DNA from: Octopus bimaculoides
Taxonomy: Eukaryota
DNA length: 64,000 nt
Reading direction: 5' to 3'
Assembly: GCF_001194135.2 (NCBI RefSeq)
Contig: NC_068990.1
Span: 71,864,685-71,928,684 of the forward strand
Shown: positions 13,055 through 24,075 of the stretch, piece by piece
Numbering within the stretch: position 1 is the stretch's first letter
Layout of the letters: every line of letters starts with the position of its first letter
Program-made: the position numbers and the translations under genes
The notes under the pieces: model-generated
What the model saw: only the letters and a program-made list of their open reading frames with translations
Database searches by the model: none
What the model was told of the DNA's origin: nothing

Positions 13055-13667
13055 CACCACATATAATTGTCTGTAAATAAAACTTATGGACACCAGTGCA
13101 CTTAGAGTGAAAGCAAAACAAATAAAAAAAAATCTGGTTTGTAATAAACATGAAGACTGACCATTATCATTGATTGTAAAATAAGCAGAATGTATTTAAA
13201 TGAAAAAAAAAATCAAAATAGAAATTGGTAAACCGATTTCTTTAGCAGTAACCTATATCAGATCACCTACCTTTTCATAAAATATAGGTAATCGTTAAAA
13301 TTATTCCAATCAGACTCACTAAGTAACCCCCACACACAAACTATGGCACACACATGTATTCATTTATCTCTCTTCTCCCTCTCTGACTGTTTTGTCATTG
13401 CATTAATGACTTCTGCCCTTTGCAACTGGCTAGTTTTAAATCACTTCCAGCCAGTCCTATATGAAATACATCTGGTTTTTCTTCACCTGTTGCCCTTACT
13501 GCATCTCGCCTTCTTGCACTCTCTCTCTCTCTCCCTGTCTCCAAACTTTAAACTAACACGTTACCTACTCCTAGAATCTTTTCAAACTTCTAGAATTTAT
13601 CCCCCACCCACCCATGTTTATTTTCCTTATTTTTCTCCTGTTATAACTGTTGCACAGATGTACTGCA

Positions 13668-14125
13668 GGTGAAGCTGTGTAGTAAGCAGTTTGCTTCCCA
13701 ACTACAAGGTTTTGTGTTTAGAACACTGCATGGCACCTTATGGAAGTGCTTTCTGCTATAGCCCCAGGCTGACTAAAGCCTTGCGAGTAGATCTGGTAGT
13801 CAGAAACAGAAAGAAACCTGTCATACACATATGTGTGTGTGTGTGTGTGTGTGTGTGTTACAGTCACCTTGCCTTGACTTCATGTGATAGTTGTACATGG
13901 GTTCACTGTCATGCAAGCGGTATCCTCTGTTCCCAATGTTCTGTGAAAACATATTTGGCCATCGGGAAATATTGCATTACTTGGAAACAGCTGAGGGGTG
14001 GTGACAGGGAAGATATCTGGCCATAGAAAAGTAAATTTTACCAAATTCCAACCAACCCATACAAGCATGGAAAAGAGGATGTTAAAATAGTGGTGATGAT
14101 GATGGTGGTGGTGATGATGATGGTC
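13668..14125 (+). mobile_element. SINE family A2 (A head, (TG)n, RTE-like tail)
   Basis: A-type head, internal (TG)n, ends CAACCCATACAAGCATGGAAAAGAGGATGTTAAAATAGTGGTGATGATGATG like the RTE tail. Confidence 0.75.
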
Positions 14126-14373
14126 ACACTAAACACCGCCTGCAAGAAATAGCTGCCAAATTCTTTCAACTCCCACTTTATTATCTTTGAAAAGAATAAG
14201 CTGAAGGAATAGACCCTGAGCTCCCCGCATACATGAAAAAGACAAGATGATCATGACTAGAATGCTTTTCATAATAGGCTTCTTCGATGAAGTCTGACAT
14301 GGTATTAGACACCACCACCGCCGCCACTGCCACCACCACCTGATATGTCTCACATAAATACAAAAACTACAAC

Positions 14374-14974
14374 NNNNNNNNNNNNNNNNNNNNNNNNNNN
14401 NNNNNNNNNNNNNNNNNNNNNNNNNNNNNNNNNNNNNNNNNNNNNNNNNNNNNNNNNNNNNNNNNNNNNNNNNNNNNNNNNNNNNNNNNNNNNNNNNNNN
14501 NNNNNNNNNNNNNNNNNNNNNNNNNNNNNNNNNNNNNNNNNNNNNNNNNNNNNNNNNNNNNNNNNNNNNNNNNNNNNNNNNNNNNNNNNNNNNNNNNNNN
14601 NNNNNNNNNNNNNNNNNNNNNNNNNNNNNNNNNNNNNNNNNNNNNNNNNNNNNNNNNNNNNNNNNNNNNNNNNNNNNNNNNNNNNNNNNNNNNNNNNNNN
14701 NNNNNNNNNNNNNNNNNNNNNNNNNNNNNNNNNNNNNNNNNNNNNNNNNNNNNNNNNNNNNNNNNNNNNNNNNNNNNNNNNNNNNNNNNNNNNNNNNNNN
14801 NNNNNNNNNNNNNNNNNNNNNNNNNNNNNNNNNNNNNNNNNNNNNNNNNNNNNNNNNNNNNNNNNNNNNNNNNNNNNNNNNNNNNNNNNNNNNNNNNNNN
14901 NNNNNNNNNNNNNNNNNNNNNNNNNNNNNNNNNNNNNNNNNNNNNNNNNNNNNNNNNNNNNNNNNNNNNNNNNN
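14374..14974. other. Assembly gap (N run)
   Basis: N run followed by (AT)n. Confidence 1.
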
Positions 14975-15004
14975 ATATATATATATATATATATATATAT
15001 AACA

Positions 15005-15480
15005 TAAGGGGTTTAGTTCACAGGTGATCTAAATGAATAGGTACACTGTGTAAGTGCTATAATAGGTCATCTATTAGGTTCCAGGTTCACAGCTAAGGCT
15101 GGAGCTAGGTATCCATAGTAGGCTTCTAAGTTAGCAGGTATATATTAGAAGGAAAAGGACAACAAAAACCAAGGCAGGATGAGTCTCAAGTCATTTACAA
15201 TATTTAATTAGACGAAGATGAATTTGAAGTAATTAATTACTGATGTCTTACAGCTGTTTCTTGAATATCCCAAGTGATAGGTTAGCATCTCCATACACTG
15301 GGTATTCCGTCATCAGAGACAAGGAGAGTATGTATGCAAGTTTGAGACAGGGAATTCACAGTTTATAAAGGAATAAAACAGTAGAAAGAATAAAAAGTAA
15401 AATAGTAGATAGAAGAATATAGACAGGAGAATAAAGTTCACAGCTCAGCTCATCTTACAGAGCGTATTATTGGACTGTGT
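15005..15480 (-). mobile_element. Putative Penelope-like terminal repeat / non-autonomous derivative carrying a hammerhead
   Basis: Contains a minimal type I hammerhead; no ORF; bounded by (AT)n and (GT)n. Boundaries inferred. Confidence 0.5.
15244..15321 (-). ncRNA. Minimal type I hammerhead ribozyme (PLE type)
   Basis: UGUCU-CUGAUGA-[stem II]-GAAA-CAGCUG-UA-AGACA: both core boxes, 5-bp helix I, palindromic ACAGCUGU helix III, GUA cleavage triplet. Confidence 0.75.
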
Positions 15481-16145
15481 GTGTGTGTATGTGTATATAT
15501 ATATATGTATGCATACACACATACACGCACACATATAAACTTACAAACACACATGTGCATGCAAACACACACACACACACATAAGTATCATCCCTCCCAC
15601 CATATTCCTTCTTCCTGTCACATTTATTAGAAACTTAACCAATCTTTCCTTATCAGAATGACAGCCCATTCCACCTTCCCCATCACCCTGCAGTGCAAAG
15701 ACTGATCTTCCAGTATTCGAGTTGAACCTCAACTGAAAAGGTCATGGGCACAAACATTGATCTTATGACTGCTATTGCCCCCCTCCCCCCACACATATAT
15801 AAACACAATTTATTGTTGAAATAACTGAAATTATGAAAAAAAAAAAAATTATTTTCAAATTACAACATTCTTCAAATAGTATCAGGAAAGTGAAAAAAAA
15901 TTATCTTGGTTTGTTTTGGGGATATTTTCTTTTGTGGGGTGGAGGTAGGGTGTGCATGATTCTGTTTTTGTAACATCCAAAACAACCCTCAAAATTAAAC
16001 TGGTAAACACACTAAGCAATACAATATATATATACACACACACATACACACACACGTGCATACACATATATACATGTGTGTGTATATACATATATACACA
16101 CACATACATCATATAAATATATACACGCACACACGTACCAAATAA

Positions 16146-16198
<53 letters not shown>

Positions 16199-16374
16199 NN
16201 NNNNNNNNNNNNNNNNNNNNNNNNNNNNNNNNNNNNNNNNNNNNNNNNNNNNNNNNNNNNNNNNNNNNNNNNNNNNNNNNNNNNNNNNNNNNNNNNNNNN
16301 NNNNNNNNNNNNNNNNNNNNNNNNNNNNNNNNNNNNNNNNNNNNNNNNNNNNNNNNNNNNNNNNNNNNNNNNNN
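16199..16374. other. Assembly gap inside (TA)n
   Basis: N run. Confidence 1.
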
Positions 16375-16409
<35 letters not shown>

Positions 16410-16415
<6 letters not shown>

Positions 16416-16637
16416 GTGTGTATATGTTTGTGTGTCTGTGTTTGTCCCCCCAACATCGCTTGACAACCAATGGTGGTGTGTTTAGGTCCCCGTAACTTAG
16501 CGGTTCAGCAAAAGAGACCGATAGAATAAGTACTAGGCATCCAAAGAATAAGTCCTGGGGTCGATTTGCTCGACTAAAGGCGGTGCCCCAGCATGGCTGC
16601 AGTCAAATGACTGAAACAAGTAAAAGAGTAAAAGAGA

Positions 16638-16640
<3 letters not shown>
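16410..16640 (+). mobile_element. SINE family A 3' half, young
   Basis: GTTTGTCCCCCAACATCGCTTGACAACC...CCCCGTAACTTAGCGGTTCAGCAAAAGAGACCGATAGAATAAGTAC...GACTGAAACAAGTAAAAGAGTAAAAGAG; CpGs retained. Confidence 0.9.
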
Positions 16641-16677
<37 letters not shown>

Positions 16678-16734
16678 ACACACACATATACATACACACA
16701 TACATAAGAGAGAGAAAAAGAGAACTCCTTTTAA

Positions 16735-16870
16735 TTTCAATACACCAAATTTCCCTGACAAGGTATTGGTCAATTCATGGCTATATTATTAGACAACAGC
16801 AGCCAAGTTTCTATGCAGCGGGAGCAAACTCCATGTCAAATGGTTCTGAACTTCTTAACCATACAGCCAC
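16735..16870 (-). mobile_element. SINE family A head, degraded
   Basis: Ends on + with CTTCTTAACCATACAGCCAC. Confidence 0.6.
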
Positions 16871-16884
16871 ATCATTATGTACAC

Positions 16885-17100
16885 TAGCAATAGCATGCTG
16901 GGTGAAATGCTTAGCGGTGTTTCGCCTGCCGCTACAATCTGAGTTCAAATTCCGCCAAGGTTAACTTTGCCTTTAATCCTTTTGGGTCAATTAAATAAGT
17001 ACCAGTTATGCACTGGGGTCGATGAAATCGACTTAATCCCTTCGTCTGTCCTTGTTTGTCCCCTCTATGTTTAGCTCCTTGCGGGCAATAAAGAAATAAC
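16885..17100 (+). mobile_element. SINE family B, young, alternative tail
   Basis: GAAATGCTTAGCGGTGTTTCG...GAGTTCAAATTCCGCC...AAGTACCAGTTATGCACTGGGGTCGATG; tail GTCTGTCCTTGTTTGTCCCCTCTATGTTTAGC...AAAGAAATAA. Confidence 0.9.
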
Positions 17101-17189
17101 TATCATAAATAACTTATATAACTTCATGGAAAGTGGGGTATTTAACAGTGTACCTATTTTCACACACACTCACACATACATAGATATAA

Positions 17190-17515
17190 GCACAGGTGTG
17201 GCTTTGTGGTAAGATGTTTGTTTTCAAACCACAGTTTCAGGTTCAGTTCCACTGTGTAAGGGGTCTTCTATAACAGTGCCAAGCCACCCCAAAGCCTTGT
17301 GACTGGAATTGGTTGATGGATATTAAAAGAAATCTATCATATATACATATGTGTGTGTGTGTGTGTTTGCATGTGCATGCATGCACATGAGTATGTGTGT
17401 TTGTGTGTGTGCATGTACATGTGTGTGTATCTTTGCCTTGACATCACCTGGTAGTTGTGAAAGAATGTGTCTTCTTGGCTCATGACATAAATATCATGTA
17501 TGCAACTGAAAAGAT
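17190..17515 (+). mobile_element. SINE family A2, 3'-truncated
   Basis: GGTGTGGCTTTGTGGTAAG...GGTTCAGTTCC head, (TG)n, CTTTGCCTTGACATCAC body. Confidence 0.7.
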
Positions 17516-18189
17516 ACATAAATTTCCTTGTAGGTAGTGTTCAATTTCCTTTTAGGTTATACTTGGTTAGTCATTTGGCTGTGGGCATCTTAGTGTCTGG
17601 TCTGAGATGCAAGAGGAAATTACACAGTTATCTGTAAAAGATTAGCATTTTACCCAAGGAAACAATTTCTCTCTGCTTAATATTAGAACAGATAGAATTA
17701 AAGATCAGATGCTACGAGCCCTTGTGATTCATGGAATGATTAACATGAATACATTGACATGACAGGGAAAGGAAACAGGAAGGAAAAATAAGGGGGGGGG
17801 AGAATAGTGACACCTAGTTCTACTTGGAAGATGAGGAGAGGAGAGAAGAGAATTAGATAAAAATGGACAGAGTGAGACAAATACACATTATCATCACCAT
17901 TTTTACATCTACTTTTTCCATTTTAGTATGGGTTAGATGTGAGTTATTGAGGCAATATTCTGTGCCAACTGTACTTCCTACTGCCAATGCTCGTTTTTCA
18001 AGTATCTATATTCCATTTGTCTTTCCTTCACACATGGTATAAGTGCCGAGCTATGGGATATTTTTTAATGAGAGACATAACTGTTGCTGCTTTTGTTTAT
18101 ACAGTGACAATGCAAAAACATGAGGAAACACTCACACACATGCAGAAATGCTTACACACACATATAAACAACACATCCATATACATAAT

Positions 18190-18350
18190 TGAATTCTGTC
18201 CAGTTCCTGTCCATCAAATTTCATTAACAAGTCATTTGTTGGACAGAGGCTATAATAGAACACACATGCCCAAACAAAGTGCCATGCAATGAGATCGAAC
18301 CCTGAACTATGTGGCTGTGCCACAAACTTCTCAACCACATGGTCATGCCT
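18190..18350 (-). mobile_element. SINE family A head
   Basis: GAGATCGAACCCTGAACTATGTGG...CTTCTCAACCACATGGTCATGC on +. Confidence 0.65.
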
Positions 18351-18489
18351 AAGTATACATGTATGCATGTATGGTGTGAGACTGGAGAAAAGAACCTGTT
18401 AAAAATTCACTACCAATCAATAAAGATAAAGTATTGATTGTCTTATGAAATATTTTTGATCTGCAAATTACCATAGAGTATTAACATCA

Positions 18490-18650
18490 ATATTGATTTC
18501 CAACATTGGCACATGACCAGAAAATCTGAGGAAGACAGCTGCTAGTTAAATCTATGCTCTGGTATTAATTACTGGTATTTATTTCATTGACCACAGATGA
18601 ATGGAAAGCAAAGTCAGCCTCTGTGAGAACTGAACTTGAAATGTGAAAGG
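18490..18650 (-). mobile_element. SINE family B, degraded
   Basis: TTCCAACATTGGCACATGACCAG...TGGTATTTATTTCATTGACC...GAAAGCAAAGTC...TGAACTTG. Confidence 0.6.
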
Positions 18651-18869
18651 TTATGAATAAATATGGCAAGAAATTTTGTTTGTTGCTTACTGTGACTTTA
18701 ACAATCAAATAGAAACATTCAGTTATCTGTGGGGAATTCACTACCATGACAACGAGTTGGGTTTTTCTGTTAGAATACTCATTATTCTGTGACTTGTATT
18801 TATCTTCTTGATAAAATTTGCACACTGCAAGCTCAGATACTGTAATTAGTGAAAACTCTTATTAAAATA

Positions 18870-19090
18870 CTCTTTAGTATTTAAACTGGCCATATCTGGC
18901 CAAAATATTCTAACTACATTTTTGTTCAAACTGGTCAGATTTGACCTCTCACACCAACCCTACAATATCACTTTAAACATTAACAGTTACTTCATCAAAA
19001 TCTCACAGCTACAAAATAATGGATGATTCATTTAGAATAATGTTAATAAATAAGCATTACTTTTGACTGAATAATGTGAATGCTAAAGAG
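18870..19090. mobile_element. piggyBac-type MITE (about 220 bp)
   Basis: Ends CTCTTTAGTATT / AATGCTAAAGAG, homologous to copies with CCCTTTAGCATT TIRs and TTAA flanks. Confidence 0.75.
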
Positions 19091-19099
19091 TTACACAAA

Positions 19100-19290
19100 C
19101 AGAGTAAGAGATGGCTTACAAATTGGTTGCTCAGCTTGTTAGTAATAACAGCTAAGTTTTCTCAATTCACATCCTACCATCTTAAAAACAAGGACATATT
19201 GGGCAAAGAAGAAACAAAACAGGATGGCCACAGCTAGAACACCTTAAACTATAGGTTTGTCTGGTCATTTAAGACTGGTTAAAAATCATC
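19100..19290 (+). repeat. Repeat family E
   Basis: GTTAGTAATAACAGCTAAG...CAAATCACATCCTACC-like...GGATGGCCACAGCTAGAACACCTTAAACTATAGG. Confidence 0.65.
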
Positions 19291-19684
19291 ATCAACTTCT
19301 TTGTCTTGGCTATCAGTGTGAAAGTAAGGATACACTGAATTGTGAAAGATCTCACAATAGTTGCTTCTGTTATGGAACATTTTTATTTTGAACAATTACT
19401 GCAGCTAAGCAAATAAGAATATGAAATAACAATAAATAAATAAATAAATAAATAAATAAAATTCCTCAATGTCTTAATTATGTCTGTCTTCTAAACAATG
19501 CTTTATAGTAATTTCCTGTTCCTTTTTCTGAAAATTAGTTAACTAATCCCATAGGAAGACATGAAAGACGAAGTTTGATATGCAGATATGTGAAAGCTTA
19601 AGAATCTTAACCCATTGAAACTTTATAGATAATAGTAGTGCTGAAGATTTCCAAGGAATAAATTTCTCTAATTTTCCAAGGTAC

Positions 19685-19990
19685 AAAAACTGCCGTGTGG
19701 TTAAGAAGCTTTCTTTGCAACCATGTGGTTTTGGGTTCAGTTCCAATGAATGGTACCTTGGACAAGTGTCTTCTATTATTGCTCTGGATATACCAATTGT
19801 TTGTGAGTGAAGCTGTGTGGAAACTTCTCATGCATGTGTGTGTGCATGCTCCCACCACATACATTGCTTGACAATTGGTGTTGGTTTACTTACATCCCAA
19901 AAGAACCAATAAAATAAGTACTAGACTTTAAAAATAGGAACTGAGTCAGCTCTGCAGTCCAATGACTGAAACAAGAAACAAAGATAAAAA
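19685..19990 (+). mobile_element. SINE family A, near full length
   Basis: GTGTGGTTAAGAAGCTT...GGGTTCAGTTCC head through CCAATGACTGAAACAAG tail. Confidence 0.8.
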
Positions 19991-20329
19991 TGGTTAAGCA
20001 GTTTACCATCATTTTGTAATGGTTCCTTGCTATAATTTCTTTGTTGGATGCACTTGCAGAAGCATGGCATGATCTATCAGTTACACATTGCTTCTCAAAT
20101 TGTCTAAATTTAATCTGACAAGTTTCACTCACATTACATTGGTGTAGGCATTCAGCACTCACAAAACATCAATTTTTGTAAAACATGGGGCATGTCTCTT
20201 TAAAAGTATGACTGAGATAATCTAGTAATATCATTGTCTACAAATGATTTTTGATAATTGTATTCTACCTAAAAGGTCAAGCTATCTAGAGTACATTGTA
20301 TGAATTGATATTAAGCATACATACAACAA

Positions 20330-20750
20330 CAAAGTTGTTGTTTAACCTCAGGCTCAGCCCTGATTGAGGATTGCTATGATTAACCCTTTAGCATTTAAAT
20401 CAACTAAATCCAGCTACAAAATTCTACCTGTTTTATGTTCAAACCAGCCAGATTGGGTCTTTCATACCTACCTTACAATGTCATTCTAAAAATATACAAC
20501 CCCATCAACAAAACCTTGAAGGTAAAAGATAATGCCCAATCAATCTAAAACAATGTCAATAAATAAGAATTATAATACAATTTAATCTGAATGCTGAAGG
20601 GCTAAAGATGTCCCAGCCATGACAACATATTTTTTCTTCCTAGATGCAGTGGATTGATGCTCCTTTTATGTGTCCTCCTTTTCCAACATAATTGGGTGTG
20701 ATTTGAGAAGTTTGCTGCTATTTCTAGTAAGTTGACCATCAACAACCAAA
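20330..20750 (-). repeat. Repeat family E split by a piggyBac-type MITE
   Basis: GTTGTTGTTTAACCTCAGG...CTATGA[TTAA MITE CTAA]AGATGTCCCAGCCATGAC...TTTGCTGCTATTTCTAG. Confidence 0.75.
20384..20601. mobile_element. piggyBac-type MITE with TTAA target site
   Basis: TTAA-CCCTTTAGCATT...AATGCTGAAGGG-CTAA. Confidence 0.85.
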
Positions 20751-21021
20751 TGTTCTTATTTATACTGACACAGAATTTTTAGCAGTTTATAACAAAGATT
20801 AACAGCCACAGCTAATTATGTGTTCTCAACCAATAAGCCTCAAGTGTTGTCAATAATAGATTTTCTTAATAGTGTTACATAAGGAATGATCCATTCATTG
20901 ATTAATTAATCACTAATTTGATGACTTTATTGCCAGAATATTTGCATTTGTATGATAGTTTCAAAATCAATACTAATGACATGCTAGTTAGTTTTAACAC
21001 TTTTCAAATTATTTTATACAT

Positions 21022-21345
21022 AGGCACAGGCATGGTTGTGTGGTAAGAAGTTTGCTTTCCAACCATACAGTTTCAGGTTCAGTCCCACTGTGTGATACCT
21101 TGTAAGTGACTTTAGTAAGCAGAAACTGAAAGAAACAAGTTGTGTGTGTGTGGGGGGGGGGGTATGATTGTGTTTGTCACCACCACTGCTTGACAACTGG
21201 TGTTGGTATGTTTGCATTCCCCGTAACTTAGTGATACAAATAATTATCAAACTTTCGAAAATAAGTACTGGGATTGATTTGTCCAATTATAAAATACTTC
21301 AAAGCAGTGCCCCAGCATGATCGTAGTGAGACAAGTACAAGACAG
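21022..21345 (+). mobile_element. SINE family A
   Basis: GCATGGTTGTGTGGTAAGAAG...GGTTCAGTCCCACTG head; CCCCGTAACTTAG body; CCCCAGCATG tail. Confidence 0.8.
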
Positions 21346-21899
21346 AAGATGAAGAACAACTCCATAACTAATTGTAAAACATATATGTCCTGAAGTGTTA
21401 AATTTAGACATGTTAATAATTGAGACATATCTAGGAATAGCATTTGCTGTGAGTAACTACTGTACAAGTCAGTCTCCTTCTACTGAAAATACATGTCACA
21501 GTATTTCTGATACATAAATATTACTTTCTTTTGACTAAGTATAAAGTTAGCTTTTGTAAAAAATAGAAATATTGCTAATCAAACTGACTTCATTATTTGT
21601 TCATTTGTTTTAATTCCATTTCTCCATGCTGGCATGAGTTTTATGGATATTTGTAGCAGTATTTTACAGCTGGATGCTCTTCCAGTCATCAAACCTTTAC
21701 AGATTTTCAATTAAGGAATTTTTCTCTTATTCCATGATATTTCAAAAGTGCAGCCCTAAAAGATATACAGCTTAGAGGGAATGTGAATGTGACATCACTA
21801 TTTCTTTTTGTTTGAAAATGGCATTAGGTAATTCTTCAGTTTAATGTTAAATTGTTTTTTATATATAACCAGACTTAAAAACAAATACATATATGAATG

Positions 21900-22040
21900 A
21901 TAGGCTTCCATACAGTTTCCATCAACTAATTCCACTCACAAAGCATTGACCAGTTCAAGGTTATGGAAGAAGTCACTTGCCTGAGATGACATGCAGTAGG
22001 ACAGAACCTGAAATAGCATAGTTATGAAGCAAACTTCATA
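21900..22040 (-). mobile_element. SINE family A head
   Basis: AGGCTTCCATACAGTTTCC...CACTCACAAAGCATTG...GAAGTCACTTGCC on +. Confidence 0.65.
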
Positions 22041-23434
22041 CTAACAAGAGAGAGCAAGAGAGACAGAAAGAGAGGGCAAAATACTGATACTAACAAGATT
22101 TGAATTAGGAATATCAGAATACAGGAAGAAACTAAATATTTTAATGCATTTTCAACTCTTTTGTTTCTGCAAATTCATCACTCTTAGGAACTTTAATATT
22201 AATCAAGTTTTCAAAGCAGCCACCTGGTGTAAAACTAAAATGAGACTGTCTTTGCAAATAAAGAATATCTCTTACACTGTAGCAGAAATATCAGCAATTT
22301 ACCACTAAAGGTCATAAATAAAGGAATCTGATGAAAAACGATCTTGCTTGCTTTATTCGAACAAATATTCTTTGTCAGAAGAAAAAAAAAAAAGAACTCA
22401 CAATTTAAAGATATCATTATACAATGATGATTGCAAAGTATCTATAATTATAAAATAACTATAATGATAAAATGTAATCAAGTTATGATTTGTTATTTTA
22501 AATAATTTCCTTTTTAATAAAGAATGTGTTAATGTAAAAGTCAGTAATAATTTAGTATGTAGCCTGATTAGAAAAGCAGAATGAAATGAATTATTCATAG
22601 TTGCTTAAAACGTAATTAGCTGCTTCAATCACCGCCAATATTCTCCACATTACTTTTTCTGCTTCTTCAACATTATAAATTGACTGGCTAAAATTTCTTT
22701 GCTTAAATAATAAATTTTTTTGCTTAAATAAAAACGAAAGATACTTATCTGAATCAATTCCTGGCTCTTTATGAGATAATAGTAATCTCTCAACTGAAGC
22801 AGACTCAGTTTTGCTTCTTGAGCAAAACTAATTCATTTGCATCACTAATAACTTTGAGACTTATTACCAAAAAAAAAAAAAAAAAAAAAAAAAAACATAT
22901 CTGTACCCAAAAATTCATATCTATCTAAAACCTCACTGTTGCAATGTGGAAATCCAAAGATGCATTTCTTTAGTTAATAACATGATCTGAATTTGTGGAG
23001 TGAAGATATTTTTTAAGAGGTTTCACCACTAATGGATTAAAACTATACAGAAAAAAAACTGGGTAAGAAGCAAAACAAAATAGAATCACATATACACTGC
23101 ATTGTAAGAATATTGTTTTATATCCAAATTTTCATTGTTAGTCACTAAAACTTCCCACAAACAATCCTTGCTAATTACTCTTCTCGGCATTCCTTAATTG
23201 TATTGGAAACTTATAATATGTAGGCATTGCAAATGAGAGTTGTCATCTGTTTCAACAAAGCATGTGAGGCATATATTAGTGTGTGCATGAGTGAATGTGT
23301 TTACAAACATATACACACACTATACATACAAACATATATACACACACTATACATACAAACATATATACATATACATGCATGCAGACACACACACACACAC
23401 TTACACATACAGAGATGTGAAAAATAGAAAGAAA

Positions 23435-23715
23435 TAAGGCTAGCATCCTCTGCTGAATGTTCAATTTCAGTGTGCATGTATGACAAAGTGCAAATGAGTT
23501 GAGAGAAGAACTGGGCATAAGAGACATCAGATGTAGAGTGCAAGAGAGAAGACTGCACTTGTATGGCTATGTGATACATATGGATGAAGACAGATGCACA
23601 AGTGCTGATCATTAAATGTGGATGGAACTTGTGGAAAAGAAAGACCCATATAGATAAGGGATGAAGTAATGAAGACTGACATTGGGTTGTTGAGCCTCAC
23701 AATGGAGACGAATAA
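23435..23715 (+). mobile_element. RTE LINE RT C-terminal fragment
   Basis: QSANELREELGIRDIRCRVQERRLHLYGYVIHMDEDRC, homologous to 57186-57386. Confidence 0.85.
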
Positions 23716-23859
23716 AAGACCAAGTTGATTGGCAATTTGTCATGCTGTCCATCTCAAGTTCTTAAAAGCGTATCATTAAAGTCTTAAGGTTTATGCCCAA
23801 CACTCACCATTTACCAGACAAGTCTTCCCCACAACTCAACGTTGGGATACCCATCTAAC

Positions 23860-24075
23860 TGTAATCTTTAGATTCTTAGCTACTGTAATTAAATGAAAAC
23901 AAAGCTGCATGTATTCCAACCCCACTTTTGTGCTGCCAGTTAAAATCACTTCCCTTGTCACCCATTCTGTACTCTCAACATCATCCCTTAACAATGAACA
24001 CTCATTTCTCTTGAAAACACATGTCTGCTATCAACAATCCTTCCCATTTTTTATTGTCACTATATCCACCCATAC
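23860..24075 (-). mobile_element. Possible LINE apurinic-endonuclease fragment
   Basis: Frame-broken DMCFQEK*...NWQHKSGVGI loosely resembling the CxQE...GVG motifs of APE domains. Confidence 0.3.

Noticed and set aside
14181-14363. ORFs MSDFIEEAYYEKH... and overlapping frames
   Set aside because: Built from (GGT)n low complexity plus a family-E fragment; no recognisable domain
14345-16495. Long ORFs in the track spanning N gaps and (TA)n/(TG)n (also 48374-48859 and 55670-56171)
   Set aside because: Artefacts of N runs and dinucleotide repeats (X, IY, CV, TH strings)
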